A program made the translations under genes and the position numbers. A DNA stretch of 64,000 nucleotides from Eledone cirrhosa (lineage: Eukaryota): positions 104,160,001 through 104,224,000 of the forward strand of contig OZ024745.1 of NCBI GenBank assembly GCA_964016885.1. The letters are read 5' to 3'. The notes under the pieces are model-generated. The model ran no database searches, was not told the origin of the DNA, and saw only the letters and a program-made list of their open reading frames with translations. This document shows positions 1-13,218 of the stretch, piece after piece (positions within the stretch are counted from its first letter, which is position 1; each line of letters begins with the position of its first letter).

Positions 1-725
1 TTTCTTTTCTATCTTAGAGAAAAATTTCCCTCCTACTAATAAATACCATGGTATTTTTAATAAAAATATAATTAAACTTTCATTCTCTACCACCCCTAAT
101 ATTAGTTCTCATTTAGCTAGCACTAACAATGGGAAAATTAGGGATGGATACTCCTCTCTACGTACTACTAGTCTGAATAGATCCATAAATGCCTTACCAC
201 CTGAGTAGACCTTATCTCATAGTAACCCTACGTGTGATGCATCACTACTTCAGCCGATCAATAGCACCCGGAAGTGTAATTGTAGAGTGAGTGTTAACTG
301 CCCTTTAAACGGTAACTGCCTCTCTAAGAACATCGTTTATGCTTGTGTAGTTAAAACTAATTCCTCTAATAGCACATATATAGGCTCAACATCTAACACT
401 TTTAAGACTAGGTTTAATTCTCATATCTCTAATTTTAAACATGTTAAGTTTAAGAATTCTACTTCTTTAGCACACCATATCTGGGATCTTAAGGGGGCTA
501 ATATACCATATAGCCTTAATTGGCGAATAGTAGCACGCTCTAATAACCTATCAACACATACTAAATTTTGTAATCTCTGTATCCTTGAGACCACTCTATA
601 ATTTTCTCTAGGGAAACCTTACTTAATAGAAAGTCTGAGATATTCTCTTCTTGCCCCCACGCCATTTCAAATTCTTACCTTTATTATAAACCTAAAGGTT
701 CTGGTAGTGTAAATTGTATCCATTA
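1..725 (+). mobile_element. Penelope-like element, 3' coding fragment (GIY-YIG endonuclease), disrupted
   Basis: ORF 287-601 has CPLNGNCLSKNIVY...STYIGST..FKTRFNSH (GIY-YIG with upstream Cys motif). The upstream bases encode the LEKNFP..KYH.IFN.N.IKLSFS linker. Premature stop at 599-601. Confidence 0.9.
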
Positions 726-2128
726 GCTGCTATAGTCCCTTATCTTTTTAGTTTAGGTTCATTTTGTTTACCACCATCATTATTATTATTATTATTGGTT
801 TTTAACAGCTTTTCAATCTAGCTTTCATAGTCTTTTGGCTACCATACCATATCTATCTTCTTAAATATTATATTTTCACTATTAACACCTTATGAGTTTA
901 TATCTGATTATATATTTTATTTTATATTATTTTATTTTATTTTATTTGGATTCTTCTTTAGATAATTAACCCACTCCCCCCCCCCCCCCACACACTTGTC
1001 ATTCGCCCCTTCAATCATACTATAATTATATTCAATTCCCTTTTATGCTCCTTTCTATTGTATAATACAGTATATTGATTATGATTTTATGCTCCTTCGT
1101 ATCCTTCATACATTTCTTTTTTCTGTCCCCATTTGCCTACCATAATTCTATTTAAAGTCCGTTTATTAGATAACGTTATTCAACTGATAGTAGAATATTT
1201 CATTCTTTTCTGGATATTTTTATTGAGATATCTTAAACTTTGGAGATTTTGATTACTTAAACCATAGCTAATTTTGTATTGACTTATTATGTATTTTAAA
1301 TACTTTCAATATTAATTAATTTAATAGGGTTTTCTAGTCATTTATCCGGGTTTGTTTCCTAAATTTTTTACTTAACCGCATGTGACACCTAAGTAAATAC
1401 TTTTGTTTTTGTTTTTCGATTTCTGGTTGATTTTATTTATATATTTATACTACCGTGCGTAGTTTTCTGTCTGGTTCTTATTCACTTATTCACAAATGTC
1501 TGTCCACCAACCACGTAATTATGTATATTATACTATGTTCATTATTTGATATTGAAGTTGTTATATCATTCCACTCTTTGTAAACGTACTATTGATCTTA
1601 ATTATTTACCGATTATTAAATGTACCATTATGTTAAATTTTGTAAATTCTGTAATATGTTTATATTTTTATAATTTTTGTAATGTTTGGATAATATTTAT
1701 TTATACCAATTGTATAAATACTTGACCTCCATCTGTTTTCTTGCAATGGTATTGATATTTTTCCAGCACAATTTTTCCAACATAATTTAGTTCTGTATGA
1801 TATTTTTTCTCACCCTGTCTGTAACTCTATATGATTTGTTAAGTTATATGCCAATATATTATAATATTGTTATTATAGTGTTATTGTAACATTTATATTG
1901 TTTGTGCAAATTAACCGGAGATTATCAATTATATAATTATATAGTATATTATATATTATATGTTTACTTTTACTCATTTCTTCTTCATTTTATACTGTAA
2001 ATAATATATGTATTTTATTTTTATTTTTATTTTTATTTTTATTTTTATTTTTATTCTTATTATTTTTATTTATATAAGTGTTAGTTTGTGCTTGTATTGA
2101 TGGACATGTGTATTGATATATATGTATA

Positions 2129-2185
<57 letters not shown>

Positions 2186-2460
2186 TGGGCCTTTTAATAT
2201 TATTATTATCATTATCAATTATATTATATTATATTATATATAGTACAATAATTCCCGCTCTATATCACTACCTTTGTTTAGCTTTAGTTTTTGCATTGTA
2301 CTATATTTGTAATATGGTTCAAAATGTTATTCACTTCCTTAACAATTTTTACTTGATAATTTTTACTCGATAATTTTCCTATGCTTTAATGTATGTACAC
2401 TCCATATTCTTCTGAGTTTTTGGCTTGTATTGGCCGATAGTGCTTCGTATAGCTTTAATT

Positions 2461-2498
2461 GCCCTGATGAGTCCTTAATAGGACGAAACATTGTTGGC
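2461..2498 (+). ncRNA. Minimal type-I hammerhead ribozyme motif (PLE terminus)
   Basis: GCC-CTGATGA-GTCCT(TAAT)AGGAC-GAAAC(ATT)GTT-GGC; AATAAA follows and a (TA)n tract starts near 2650. Confidence 0.85.
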
Positions 2499-2644
2499 TA
2501 ATAAAGACTTTTGATGTATTGAAGGCTTCTTTGGTTTATTTTCATAATTCTTCGGCTCTGTTTAATTACATTGAGCTATACCTTTACTGTCATTTCTATA
2601 ATACGAAGAGGGTGTTTAACTCCAACACACTCTAGTATTTTAAT

Positions 2645-2731
<87 letters not shown>

Positions 2732-3468
2732 CTAATATATATATATAAATAGATAGATAGATAGATAGATTTCTTTATTAGCCACAAGGGCGCACAAGAA
2801 ATTCTGAATTAATTTTTCGCATTTATGTAGTTTGTATTAGAATTTATGTATTGTAGCGGTACTCATATATATCGTATTAGTATTCATTTTCGGGATTCTG
2901 AATTAATATTTCGTATTAGTTTCGGGACTCTGAATTATTATTTCGTATTGTTTTTTTTTAGTATTGTGGCCCCCTACTTGTTGACCTGTCATTGTAAGAT
3001 AGATTTGGCCGATTAATACTAACTCATAAAATTCTTTCACTACAATCTCGTATTTAGTATTCCGTCCCACCTATTAAACTTTTCTATAGCTTAGCAGTAC
3101 CAGTGAGAGATTTGATGATTGTGGTAGGGGAATAGTAACCAGAAATTGTGTTTAAAACATTTTTTTTTAATATTTTTAACATTCTTATATTTTTCTATAT
3201 ATTTACTCCATATAGATTTACTTATTGTTTCGATTTCCTCCCCCCTCCCCCTCTCTAGTATACTTCTCTTGACCTCTTATCCTTAGGATTCTGCTGTAGT
3301 TGTCTCTTTCAACGCACGACTGGGTTTCCTCCACTCCCTCTCCCTCTTTCTTCTACTGGCAAGTTCAGCTACCCCTCCTTCCACAAAATGCCATGATAGA
3401 ATTATGTGTCTCAACAAAAAACTATTGACCAATCCTTATGACAATCACTTTTACCATATATGGAATTA

Positions 3469-3562
3469 CCCCCTGAGAAGCTCGACTATTCATTTACCAG
3501 GATACAAATTATCATTTAGTCCAGAATTAGCTGTCGAAACGGCTTGAGCTCAGCCATCGGGG
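3469..3562 (+). ncRNA. Hammerhead ribozyme motif, long stem II, degenerate core
   Basis: CCCC-CTGAGAA-long stem II-GAAACGGCT...AGCCATC-GGGG; homologous to 12330-12423. Confidence 0.6.
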
Positions 3563-3571
3563 TCCTACTCG

Positions 3572-3672
<101 letters not shown>

Positions 3673-3696
3673 CCTGCATCCCTATAATTTGTGAAA

Positions 3697-5105
3697 TTAT
3701 AATTTCACAAATTTTTGCCAATAGAGAGAGAGTCGGTTTCTAACAGTTACAAGAGTCACTCATTGGAATTTACACAACATCAACTAGGTAGATATGTATG
3801 CATGTCTGCATGCATGTGTAGGTATGGATGTTATTGTATGTGTGCATGTGTATATGCTTTTTTTATCTGTACATGTGTATATGCAGTTATTAGATGCAAA
3901 ATGTTTGGAATGTTTTACATATTTTTAGTGTTCCATTAATGGATTGTACTTGTAATTTCCTAATTAATTGTGTTCTTTCTGTTCCTGTGAAGCCTAGCTT
4001 CTCAAGATTTGTATTGAGGCAGTTACTAACATACCCCAGTGCCCCAATACTCACAGGCATAAATCTGAAAGTATAATCAGGGTGGAGTATCTGCAGATTT
4101 CTTATTAGTTCTGCATAAATATTCTCCTTTTCGCTAATCTTTGATATTATATTGGCATCTGCTGGGCAGCTAACTTCCACTACTGTGCATGCCTTCTTTT
4201 CCCTGTTCCATATCATTATATCTGGTCTGTTATGCCTGCATTGAATTGGGGGTTTTTACTGGAACATTCCACCTGTACTCATTCATATTATGTACATGGA
4301 TGTCTTCCACATAGCTGTAGCTTTTAATGTGTTTATTATCGGGGCTATCTTTTCTACGGATTGTATTGTACAGTGTTTTGGCCACTGCATCATGCCTCAT
4401 AGGTAGATAATACCGCGATGACATCTTTGGACAGCTGCTTATGACATGGGTGACATCTTCGATGTTAATTCTGCAGAGTCTGCACTTGTCACATCTATGT
4501 GTTTTGCCTGCATCCCTATCTATTTTGTGAATCAGGTATTTCGTGTTGATTTCCTGTTCTTGGATTGCAAAAGCATATCCTTCAAAGTGGGAGCCAATAT
4601 AGCAGTTGTTGGTCCAAGATAGACTACTTTCTTTATCTATATTACTCTCACTCTGGAGTTTCCTGGCAACATATCCATGCATGATTTTTTGCTGATAAGC
4701 ATGCAGTTTTTTTATCCATGGATTCACTGCGATACTGCTGAGCGACTTCCCTGGGTGTGAGTTTTTGATTATCACACAGTGAATATCTTTCAAGGAGTTC
4801 CTTCCCAACTCTCATGATCTTATCTGTTTCATGCAGATAGACTTGCTCGAGAGACGGGCTCCTACGCTTCGAGGTTCATAGATGCTGTCGGAGGGATATG
4901 ATGCGACATTCAAATACTGTCTGGACTGATGTTAGGCCTCTGCCTCCCTGCTTACATTTCAAGTAAAGGCGATCTATGTCACTGATGATGTGGAAGTTTC
5001 CTGTGTCGTTTAGTATTTTTCAAGTTCTAACATCAATTGCTTGGATTTCGTCTATCGTCCAATTGAGTATTCCAAACGTTGGTGATAGGACAGACACAGC
5101 AAACA
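3697..5105 (-). mobile_element. R4/Dong-like non-LTR retrotransposon 3' fragment (CCHC + RLE), degraded
   Basis: ORFs 4230-4808 (CRLC...HVISSCP...RHDAV) and 3890-4216 (VEVSCP RLE region); same family as 16606-19795. Confidence 0.9.
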
Positions 5106-5198
5106 CATGTATGTATGTATGTATGTATGTATGTATGTATGTATGTATGTATGTATGTATGTATGTATGTATGTATGTATGTATGCATGTATGTATGT

Positions 5199-5703
5199 TT
5201 TCCCTTTCTCTTAATTTCGAGTATATTTTTTTGACCGGCCACCTTCCTGGTGGCAAGGTTGTAAAAGAAAAGAAATTGTCATCCCTTGAATCGCAAGAAT
5301 GTTTTGCAAATTTTGAAGGTGCCAGCTATCGCAGCCATTTGTAGACTATGAATTAGGGAGCTGCGCTTTTTGTCCGCAAATCCAAGTTCAGTCATACTTT
5401 GGTCCAAGCGGGTTGGTATATAACCCGTAGCTCCAATAATGATGGGTATGAAGCTAAAGGTGTATCTTGGATACTGGATTTGTAAACTCCTCATCAATGG
5501 TCCGTAGATGTCTTCCTTCTCCTGTATTTTTCTGACAACATTTACATCAAGTGGGCAGCTGATCTCCACAACAGAACACGTTTTAAATGTGTGGTCCCAA
5601 ACAACAATATCAGGCCGGTTGTGCTTTAATTTGGTGGCAGTTTTTATTTTCAGGTTCCACCCGTATTCTTTAGGGCCATCTGTCTCAATATATTCTTCCT
5701 CGT
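5199..5703 (-). mobile_element. Second R4-like family, 5'-truncated RLE fragment embedded in (TATG)n
   Basis: YGWN...HNRPDIVVWD...VEISCP in ORF 5279-5812; flanked on both sides by (TATG)n. The same 3' end recurs at 21962-22083. Confidence 0.85.
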
Positions 5704-6365
5704 TTGTATGTATGTATGTATGTATGTATGTATGTATGTATGTATGTATGTATGTATGTATGTATGTATGTATGTAGACACGCACGAACCACGCAGGTGT
5801 CTCTGTCGACATTTTCCCGTCACTAGGGGTACTTTATCAACTATGATTATAGTTATTCTTAGAAAACGATTGAAATTGGAATTTGGAAAACGATTGAAAA
5901 TTGTTATTTGGAAAATCTTTTTATCATTTTAGAGTGGTCCAAAAGACTTTTGGTTTACATATATAGATATACTTACATTACGATTATATCTCTATATATA
6001 TGTTTGTATGTGTATTTGTGTGTGTGTGTGTGTGTTTGTGTACGGGCATGTCTTTATGCATAACTGTGTACTTGTATGCATATAACAATAAAGAAATGAA
6101 AACACGAAACAATAGAATTACACACACACACAAACACACACATATACACCACACACATACACCCCCCCTTTCTCTCTTTATCTATCTATCTCTCCTTCCC
6201 CTCTCACCCTCCCCCCTCTCTCTCTATATATATATACGAATATAATTTCAACGAGATCGTATTTCGGCGGTGGCCAAAACAAAACGAAACTCAATTTTCG
6301 AGATAAGCCGGCAAGCGCTCAATGGACTAAGAAGAAAGTAGAGCAATTAACATATATATATGTAT

Positions 6366-6398
<33 letters not shown>

Positions 6399-6949
6399 TA
6401 CCCCCCCCCCCCACATATATATATATATAATATACAATATATATGTACAGATATATGGATATGTAAACATACAAACGCTCTTACACTTTCGTCTTCACGT
6501 ACGTCGATGTTTAATGCAAATTTATCGCCCGTGGGACATTTGTTAGTTTAAATCACACTTTCGCTACGAGCAGCTGCACAGACAATAGATATAATCGAAT
6601 TTAAAAAATAGTTTTAACCTACGACACATGTTGATATCTCACACATTTAGAATTTGGCTTTAGGGCGGCGGAAAAATAAATATCTGATTAAATAGATCGA
6701 TCGGAAGATAAATATCCTGCTCAAGTTTCAGGTGGTTGGGCGGGTCGTAGTTCTGCCATTAATTTTTCTATGTCCAGTTTACTTATCTTTAGTTATATTT
6801 CTAATTTAAGAACAAGGCCATCAAATTTAGCGAAAGGATAACGTCGATTAAATATATCCCCTGTATTTGAGGAGTACTTTATTTTATCGACTCCGGAGAC
6901 TCCTAGCAATATATCCAAGCACGAATTTTTACTGATATGCATGCAACTT

Positions 6950-8460
6950 GTCATCCATGGATTCACTATAGTATTGCTGGGCAATTTCTCTGGTTGCAGT
7001 TTTTGATTATCATGCAGAGAGTATCTTTCAAAGAGTTGCTTCCACACTCTTATAATCTTATCTGCCTCATGCAGACAGACTTGCTCAATAGATGAACTCC
7101 TGCGCTTGGAGGTTCGTAGATATTATCGGAGGGATATGATGCTACACACAATGACCACATTTTTCTTAATCGGGTGTAATATTCCCTAGTTACATTGTTC
7201 CTTGTTACAGATACCATCATAAGATATATTCCCATCTATCCCTAGGTATCTGTAGCAGTCCTCGTCAAATATCGGTGAAATAGTTAGGCTATTGATAAAA
7301 ATTTTGCTAGATTGGCTTGTAGTTTCTCCCCGCTTTTCAATCATATATGAACATTTATCCTGGCCAAACTTCATTTCCAACATCATAACCAGGTCAAAAT
7401 GTTGGAGGAATAGGTTCAGGCAGGCTGTATACATTTTATGCATTAAGTTCTGGCATGCAATGGGTCAGTAGTTTTTTTCCAAGTGGGTGTCGTTGTTCTT
7501 GGGAGCCAAAATTGTTTGTGCTAATCTCAACCACCCTGGTATATCTACATCTACCTTGAGAGCTTGCTGGTAGAGGTTGATAAGATACATCCGATAGAAT
7601 GTTAGTTTTTTGTACCAGTAACCGACAATCTAGTCTCGTCCTGGTGTTTTCTTATCACAGTCTCAAGTTTCTCATCATTGATGCTGTATGTGTTTGTTGG
7701 AATGTAGGGGCAGTAGTTCTTTTGTATCTCTTTCAGCCACACTGCATCTTGATTTGATTTCTACTTTTCAACCCATATTTTTCTCTCGAAGGAATCTATG
7801 ACTTTCAGGGATGGGGCCTCAGTGACATTTAATAATTTGTCCGTCACATCTCTATAGACTGATGTTTGGTTTCGTCTGAATCTTTTATTAGTTATTTTCT
7901 TTCAGACACCCTCTTCTGGTATCGAAGTTTCTCGCTGACAGCTCTCAATTTTTGTTTGAGAGTGATCAGTTTATATTGAAGAGTTCTGGTTGTACTGTCT
8001 CCAAACATCGTTTCTATTTTATTTTTCACTCTTTGTTGGTGAGAAGTGTATTTTAAAAAATTTTGTTTGCATGTAAGGGGCATTGTCACATATCCTATAG
8101 TTTTTCGTAGGTCAGTAATCTTTTTTTCTATTTTAGTTATATATGATGGTGTTTTTTGGTGGTGTTTTGTTCTTGTTAACATTTCTGTTATCGCCAAGAT
8201 AACGTTTTACTGTCGTTTCCAGGGCATATACACATACGTTTATATATATAAAATATAGGGGTGTTAATTCGTCGTAAAAATTCAACCCCAATTTCATCAA
8301 TAGCACGCAAGATTTCATTATTTGGTTTCATATTGTTTAGTAGTTCTTTTATTACGTTCAATTGTCTATACTCTTGATTTTCCCTGCTAATGGCAGACAT
8401 TGATACATGTGGTGTTAAATTTCTTACTGGCATAGTTGTTTCAAAGGACTATTTTTTTGC
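6950..8460 (-). mobile_element. Older degraded R4/Dong-like copy with internal deletions
   Basis: ORF pieces (KMYTACLNLFLQ, FGQDKCSY, YRYLGID, PSYITKIEKK) match the 16606-19795 element; the RT core is deleted. Confidence 0.85.
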
Positions 8461-9110
8461 CATTTTATAACAATTAAATAAATCAGATGGTGGTGGTGGT
8501 GATAGTAGTGGTTGTTGTTGTTGTTGTTGTGGTGGTGGTGGCGGTGGTGGTGGTGGTGTGGTGGAAAAGCGAATAGAATCCACAGACTTTGAAAGAAGGT
8601 TCGCATATGAGGTTCATCCAAATGTTTTGCAGATGTTGGATTTCACCAAAGTTCTTAACAGCTTGTGGCCACTGGTTCAAGATTAGAAAAGTGACTAAAA
8701 ATGAATGACGATCTTTGTTTACTTCGGTTTCCATCACCTTCAGATATTGGTTGTGTTGCCATAGATGAGGAATGATGTCCATGTTGAGAAAGGAAATTTG
8801 GTGCTAATAGTAGCTAGCTCGAGGAGAGCGTAATGCTTGAAAAAAAATGGAAGGAATATCAAAATAATTAGTTGGTTTGCTACTGCGGAGTCTTCGCATT
8901 AAGTTTCTGACTTGCTGATATTATGCACGTCGATGCGTAAAGTGAATAGTTGGTAAATAAAGTATATAAAACAGCGGTTCATTTGTCCACCTTTTTCGCC
9001 TTCCTTTTTGTTGTATGTGGTCCTAGATGTCTGCATTACCTGCTTGTGTTCTTTTTTTTTCCTTTCCCTTTTCTTTCTTTTTCCTCTTTTTATTTGTGAT
9101 ATTATGATGA

Positions 9111-9208
9111 CGGTTATGTTGACAAATAAACTATGTAAGACTGTTATGTTGACAAATAAACTATGTAAGACTGTTATGTTGACAAATAAAGTATGTAAGA
9201 CTGTTATT
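9111..9208. repeat. 30-bp tandem repeat, about 3 copies
   Basis: Unit tgttatgttgacaaataaactatgtaagac. Confidence 0.9.
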
Positions 9209-9272
9209 TAAATTGTTATGACGTTCTAAATGTGTGCACTTCTCTTCAATTGTACTAGCGTGATGTAATGAC

Positions 9273-9450
9273 AGTATCGGTAGAGCGTCAGACACCAAGC
9301 TTTGCAGCATGGAGTTATGTCGCTTTACCTTTCTGAGTTCAAATTCCGCCGAGGTTAACTTTGCCTTTCATCCTTACGGGGTCGATGAAATAATGGACCA
9401 GTAATGCACTGGGGTAATTGCTGGCCTTGTGCTAAAAATAGAAACAATTA
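9273..9450 (+). mobile_element. tRNA-derived SINE
   Basis: cagtatcggtagag head, B-box-like gagttcaaat, core ttgcctttcatccttacggggtcgat, tail agaaacaatt. Confidence 0.85.
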
Positions 9451-9765
9451 TACTAGAGTGAAGATCTAAATATACTGTATAAAGCTCGGGGGAAATAGTT
9501 ACTAAATCAAACTATCATAGAAGGAAGTTGTTACTAAATGTACTTCATAACACTGTAGTTAAATTAGACTAGAGGGAAATAGTTGGTACATTTATTCACA
9601 ATGAAGTAATTAGTAAATGTAGAGTAGGTTGATTCATCAAACTCACCCAAATTGATCTTATCCAAACAATCAACTAATTTGTACAATTTTAGCTTAGTCA
9701 ATAAATTCTGTAAAGTAATGTTGATTATATTGAGGCAATATTGGTTAATCTGATAACCCGAATAA

Positions 9766-9955
9766 GGGCGGTGGATTGGCAGTATCGGTAGAGCGTCGGA
9801 CAACATGCGACCTGAGTTCAAATCCTGCCGAGGTTAGCTTTGCCTTTCATCCTTACGGGGGTCGATAAAATAATGTACCAGTAATGCACTGGGGTCGATT
9901 TAAGCGACTTTCCCCTCCCCCAAATTATTGGCCTTGTGTCTAAATCAGAAACCAA
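9766..9955 (+). mobile_element. tRNA-derived SINE
   Basis: Same head, core and tail as the other copies. Confidence 0.85.
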
Positions 9956-10352
9956 TCTGATAGCTTGAATATGTTTTAAATATGGTTACAAAGTAGTGTG
10001 TATGTGAGAGAGAGAGACAGAGAGAGAGCGACGTGATATAATGAAGATACGAGAGTATTCAAATATCGTTACTCCAATGATACGAGCTCGGACGGTGTGT
10101 GTGAGTGTGGTGGAAGGGGGAGGGGGTTCTCTCTGGCAGAGCCCCAGTTGCAAGCCGCCTTGTGGTGTCATCGGACAGAATGGAGAAAGCGTTGCCCAGG
10201 GGGATGGCAAGGGGAGCCCGTTGAAATAGCCGATTAGTAATCCATAATAGTTCAGTACGCAAAAGCAACAAAATCAATGACATAACATAAACAACAACAA
10301 AATAGCAACAACAACAGCAACAATAATATAATGTATGTTTAATCTATTACTT

Positions 10353-11402
10353 TTAAATGTCAATTGGAACCCAATTTAAAGGGAAATAATCATGTGTATG
10401 TTCACTGAATTTAGTGCTGAGTAAACTATTTTTCTTAAATGGATGTGGGTAATAGACTGTTTGACCATTGGCTAGCCAAGCTGACCACCAACTGAAGCTT
10501 CCCACTGAAACAATACTGTGATTACACATACATAAAACAGCAAGGTCTACATAGAATTCTTGGTGCACATAATAGGTAGAATTGTGCCCAAGATTTGTAA
10601 TGCTCCATTGAATATTGTCTGAGCAGACGACAAATATAATATTTCTAAACTGCTTCCGATAATAATCCATGGCCTTTTGGAAATACGAAGCAGGAGCTGT
10701 CATGTATCCAAATTTTATGTTACGTTCTTTCATGAAATCGCCTCTTCTAACATGAATACCAATGTACGTCACGTGCGTGTATTTTGTTAGTGAATATCTT
10801 TTACGATGAAACTGGGTTATATTCATAAGAATATTATGCGCTTTCTCACGTATTTTTGATTGAAAAGTAAGCATAGTTCGAATTTCTGGTTCAACGGAGA
10901 TAAAATATAACCAAGATTGGTAAAAACCAAACATCGAGTAATCTCTGTCCTTCGTGTATTTAAAAATAACTCTATTGAAACTGCAATGCTTCCAATCTGC
11001 TAAACGACGCTCAGGGCATGATGTTTTTATTGGCAAAGATTCTATATGAAATATCTCATGAAAAGACTTCAGGCGTGAATTATTTTTTAAAGTTAATTTC
11101 ATATTTTTTGATCTTGCAATACCAAAAGCCGATGCAATCTGAAAGAGATTGTTGCCAAGACGTCCTAAAAGAATAAGACATAATGTTTTCTTACTTGAAA
11201 CAGTGAAATGTGTGCTTTGATTCAAACATTGTGAACAAGTTTGTTTTGTTATGTTGGGACAGCTTCTCAGCTTTTCAACATATATTTTATTTGGATGTTC
11301 CAAAGAAATAATCACCATTACTATAAAGGCAGCTGTAGGAGATAAAAAACAAAACAAAACCAAAAACATTATACATACATATAAACACACACCCAAATAC
11401 AT
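10353..11402 (-). CDS. Alpha-1,2-fucosyltransferase-like protein (glycosyltransferase family 11)
   Basis: Uninterrupted 349-aa ORF with GT11 motifs GRLGNNLFQIAS, YIGIHVRRGDF, FVVCSDN and DLAVL..CNHSIVSVGSFSWWSAWL; hydrophobic N-terminus. The true start is uncertain because of a possible splice acceptor before 11332. Confidence 0.92.
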   Translation of the reverse strand: MYLGVCLYVCIMFLVLFCFLSPTAAFIVMVIISLEHPNKIYVEKLRSCPNITKQTCSQCLNQSTHFTVSSKKTLCLILLGRLGNNLFQIASAFGIARSKNMKLTLKNNSRLKSFHEIFHIESLPIKTSCPERRLADWKHCSFNRVIFKYTKDRDYSMFGFYQSWLYFISVEPEIRTMLTFQSKIREKAHNILMNITQFHRKRYSLTKYTHVTYIGIHVRRGDFMKERNIKFGYMTAPASYFQKAMDYYRKQFRNIIFVVCSDNIQWSITNLGHNSTYYVHQEFYVDLAVLCMCNHSIVSVGSFSWWSAWLANGQTVYYPHPFKKNSLLSTKFSEHTHDYFPLNWVPIDI

Positions 11403-11611
11403 ATTTATTTGACGAAATCATGCAATATTATGTTGTTCTGGGGCACCACAGACCAAGTGAATCCTGCCATTCACTTGCTCGATGATATTCGGAATAATTC
11501 ACGGAATCAGAGCAGACTCCTGAGTTTGGCAATGAAATGGCGGCATGCGAACACAGTAATTGTGGTCATCAGCAAAATGAATATGGATTAATTAAGAAAA
11601 TTAATATTTAA

Positions 11612-11723
11612 GTATACCACGAGGTTTCAACATAGCCAAACTGTTAATTGTAGTTGCATAAGTAAGTGCATATTTAACAGTCAATTACAAAGTAACTCTC
11701 CATTGGCTAGGCATCTTCAGCGA
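11612..11723 (-). ncRNA. Hammerhead-like motif with extended stem II
   Basis: Minus strand CTGAAGA-TGCCTAGCCAA...TTGGCTATGTT-GAAACC(TCGT)GGTA; stem I is weak. Confidence 0.5.
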
Positions 11724-11831
11724 AGTTTGTTTAGTTACAACTCAGAATAATCCAGAAGGCTTGTCCAACTGACACCACGAACACTAACCAGTAGTAGTAG
11801 TAGTGAAGTGTGCCTCTGCAAGTATGTGTTT

Positions 11832-11865
<34 letters not shown>

Positions 11866-12329
11866 GGTGGGGGGTGTATATTTTGCAGTTTGTTTTTTTC
11901 CCTATTCTGTCTTCAGTCGTAAGGTTTTCTATTCAGGCTAGGATTACCTTCTATTATGAGGGTGGCTTCCGTAATTTTTCTGAGAGTTGCGTCAGTTCTT
12001 TGTGTGGTTAGGATCTTTATTTCTATGTTATCGGTTGAACACCCTCGTTCCAGTTTGACATGAATGTTTCTCCGCCTTAAATTCACGCCAGTGTTCCTTT
12101 CAATCGCTCTCCTATGCTACGGGCTGTAGCATGTGTGATGAAAGAACTTTGACAAACGTATGAATAACAATTAATAAAGATAAATATAATGTTATACGGT
12201 GCGTGTGTTTTTATTGGCAATATTGACCACCACCCGTGAAAGACAAGAAAAACAACAAACTTTTGAGACTTTTTGCTTAAATTTTTTGCTTTTTTTTTGC
12301 TTTGACTGCATGCCGATATATGGACTGTA

Positions 12330-12423
12330 CCCCTTGATAAGTTCGGCTAGATTCCCGCCATTCTAATAGTGGTGGCTTAGTTAGGATCTAGCTGTCAAAA
12401 CGGCCGGAGCTCAGCCGTCGGGG
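12330..12423 (+). ncRNA. Hammerhead ribozyme motif, U3:A8 core variant, G12 mutated
   Basis: CCCC-TTGATAA-CGGCTAGATTC.../GGATCTAGCTG-(A)AAACGGC...GCCGTC-GGGG. Confidence 0.65.
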
Positions 12424-12570
12424 TCCCGAATCTTTTCATATTATCGACTCTACTACCCCAAGTATCGAGTACTCTGGTGCGTTATGGTTCATCTGGTATC
12501 TTACCATACCCTCTTTGTTATACATACACACACTCACACACGCACACACATATATATATGTATGAATATA

Positions 12571-12634
<64 letters not shown>

Positions 12635-12640
12635 TCTATT

Positions 12641-13153
12641 CTAAGGCGGGTAAAATTCTCGAGATCCATGGACGAGTTCTCTCCAGCGGTCTCTGTCCCT
12701 CATTATCGCTGCCATGTCCTGCGTCTCCAACAGACCAGTGTCTGTCCTTAGGGCATCAACATACGTTAACCTTGGTCTTCCTCTTCTAGTGTGTCCATGT
12801 AGGGGCTCCCAAAGGAGCACTGAGTGCAATGTCAACTCTGGATGTCGGTGAGCGTGTCCAGCTAACCTCAGTCTCCTCTGGAGGTTGAGACTTTGTCGAT
12901 GAGTGTGGGGCTGAGAATGAATGGGACTAAAACAAAATATCTGGTAGAGAATGTTGAGAAGCCAGAGGGGATCACTAATGTAGGTGGGAAGCCGCTAGAA
13001 TTGGTTGAGGGCTTCCTGTATTTGGGAGCAAAGATTGGGAATACCGAAGATGATTCGGTTGAGAGGAAGAGCAAGGCCTGGGCAGCGTGCCACAGCTTGA
13101 GATCGGTGTGGAAGTCAGACCTTCGTAGTTCGTAGAGACCTGAAAGTCCGCCT

Positions 13154-13158
<5 letters not shown>
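12641..13158. mobile_element. RTE-clade LINE 3' fragment with 5' inversion
   Basis: 12641-12867 on minus encodes LLWEPLHG..RRGRPRLTYVD...DRDRWRELV; 12868-13158 on plus encodes VGLRMNGTKTKY...FLYLG. Flanked by (TA)n. Confidence 0.8.

Positions 13159-13218
<60 letters not shown>

Noticed and set aside
8483-9230. Possible LTR, PBS and gag-like relic on the minus strand
   Set aside because: There is no second LTR, only a weak PBS resemblance and no recognisable domain.
10353-11402. Horizontal transfer of a bacterial GT11 gene
   Set aside because: Animal FUT1/FUT2-type catalytic domains are commonly single-exon, the AT content matches the flanks, and a stem/TM region is present. A phylogeny would be needed to claim otherwise.
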